From a virus (Duplodnaviria; Caudoviricetes): a DNA stretch of 47,809 nt. The stretch covers positions 1 through 47,809 of IMG/VR virus record IMGVR_UViG_3300033076_000767; one strand, given 5' to 3'. The notes beneath the pieces were generated by a model. That model saw nothing but the letters and a program-made list of their open reading frames with translations. It did no database searches and was not told the origin of the DNA. Made by a program: the position numbers and the translations under genes. Position 1 is the stretch's first letter, and every line of letters begins with the position of its first letter. This document shows positions 46,983-47,809 of the stretch, piece by piece.

Positions 46983-47126
46983 TCACTCCTGGGTTGGTGT
47001 GGCGGGCTGGTTTGCGGCCTCCTGCTGGAGGGCCTGAATGATCTGGTGCACCTCTTGGTACGGGCGGGTGCCCAGGTAGCCAATGATCTGGTTGAGCAGT
47101 TGGGTGGAGATTTGCAGTGATTCCAT
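46983..47126 (-). CDS. Small hypothetical protein
   Basis: 47 aa; ILxYLGTRPYQEV-type motif; AAGGA RBS. Confidence 0.55.
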   Translation of the reverse strand: MESLQISTQLLNQIIGYLGTRPYQEVHQIIQALQQEAANQPATPTQE

Positions 47127-47134
47127 GTCAATCC

Positions 47135-47668
47135 TTATTGTGTTGAAGTAGCATCGGGGTTCGCGGATGGTTCAGCCGGGGCCTCCGAGATGGGTTCCTC
47201 GACCACAGAAACAGCCTCTTCCACTACTGGGGCTGGCTCTTCCACTACTGGGGCTGGCTCTTCCACTACCGGGGCTGGCTCTTCCACTCCCGGGGCTGGC
47301 TCTTCGACCACAGGCTCAGGGATGGGGCGCAGTTCGCCGCGATCCCAGGAGGTGGTCTCCTGGTTCCAGGTGTAGAAGTATTCGTCTACAGGCATCGGCA
47401 CGGGCGGCTCCCACAACCAAGTCGAAGTGTTCAGCACCCAGTTATCAAAAGGCTTGGGCGCAATGAACACATCGTTCACCTCGTCATAGGTGAAGCCAAT
47501 CCCGGCGTAGTTGCCGCGCAAGGGGCGACCCTCGGGGTGCTGGTTGCCATAGGTGTTGTAACTGGTCTGAATCCAGCCGTGACCAACAGCACCGCTATCG
47601 ATGAAGTCTTGCTCGGCGACGATCACTTGAGTGACGATGCCGTTTTCGACTTTTGCAAAATGACTCAT
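47135..47668 (-). CDS. Tail-fibre-associated protein with acidic Pro-rich tail
   Basis: MSHFAKV..GIV.QVIVAEQ, WIQTSYN, RGNYAGIG, FIAPKP motifs. Confidence 0.7.
   Translation of the reverse strand: MSHFAKVENGIVTQVIVAEQDFIDSGAVGHGWIQTSYNTYGNQHPEGRPLRGNYAGIGFTYDEVNDVFIAPKPFDNWVLNTSTWLWEPPVPMPVDEYFYTWNQETTSWDRGELRPIPEPVVEEPAPGVEEPAPVVEEPAPVVEEPAPVVEEAVSVVEEPISEAPAEPSANPDATSTQ
47196..47312 (-). repeat. 21-bp tandem repeat encoding VVEEPAP (about 5-6 units)
   Basis: GGGGCTGGCTCTTCCACTAC units visible directly. Confidence 0.9.
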
Positions 47669-47683
47669 TTGTGTTCTCCGTGT

Positions 47684-47809
47684 TTAACGAGCGTTAGCAT
47701 ACTTGAATGGGTTTTCAGCGAAGGCGGCATAGATGAATGTGCCACCTGATGCGTTGTAACCTGTGTCGGTGTTTCTGATTTTGAATCCATTGGACAGCAC
47801 ATCAAGCAT
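47684..47809 (-). CDS. 3' end of a tail fibre-like gene (partial)
   Basis: ...LDVLSNGFKIRNTDTGYNASGGTFIYAAFAENPFKYANAR-stop. Confidence 0.65.
   Translation of the reverse strand: MLDVLSNGFKIRNTDTGYNASGGTFIYAAFAENPFKYANAR

Noticed and set aside
1-47809. tRNA genes, integrase/att sites, IS elements, introns or inteins
   Set aside because: None recognised; polymerase, terminase and helicases are uninterrupted and of normal length. Dedicated scans were not run.

Overview
Near-complete genome of a lytic, podovirus-like tailed phage (Caudoviricetes; no integrase or repressor seen), with every credible gene on the minus strand. Left to right: head/packaging genes (capsid, scaffold, GroES-like co-chaperonin, portal, terminase; 1-9.9 kb); a non-coding block holding an origin-like repeat element and a ~280-nt highly paired putative RNA (10.0-10.66 kb); an early region of small genes behind repeated near-consensus sigma70 promoter cassettes (10.7-20.5 kb), including an HDAC-family deacetylase paired with a possible GNAT-like virion protein; a complete 2-aminoadenine (Z-genome) module dpoZ-purZ-mazZ-datZ (21-25 kb); replication genes (SSBs, UvrD-like and SNF2-like helicases, AEP primase) plus an Acb2/Tad1-like protein (25-32.6 kb); a second, inverted copy of the origin-like element (32.7-33.0 kb); then internal virion, tail and lysis genes (33-47.8 kb). 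The main unexplained structures are the two diverged, colinear, inverted ~270-bp TGGAAC-repeat elements bracketing the whole early/replication module, the structured RNA beside one of them, and the deacetylase/putative acetyltransferase pair. All protein calls come from motif recognition by eye; no database searches were run.
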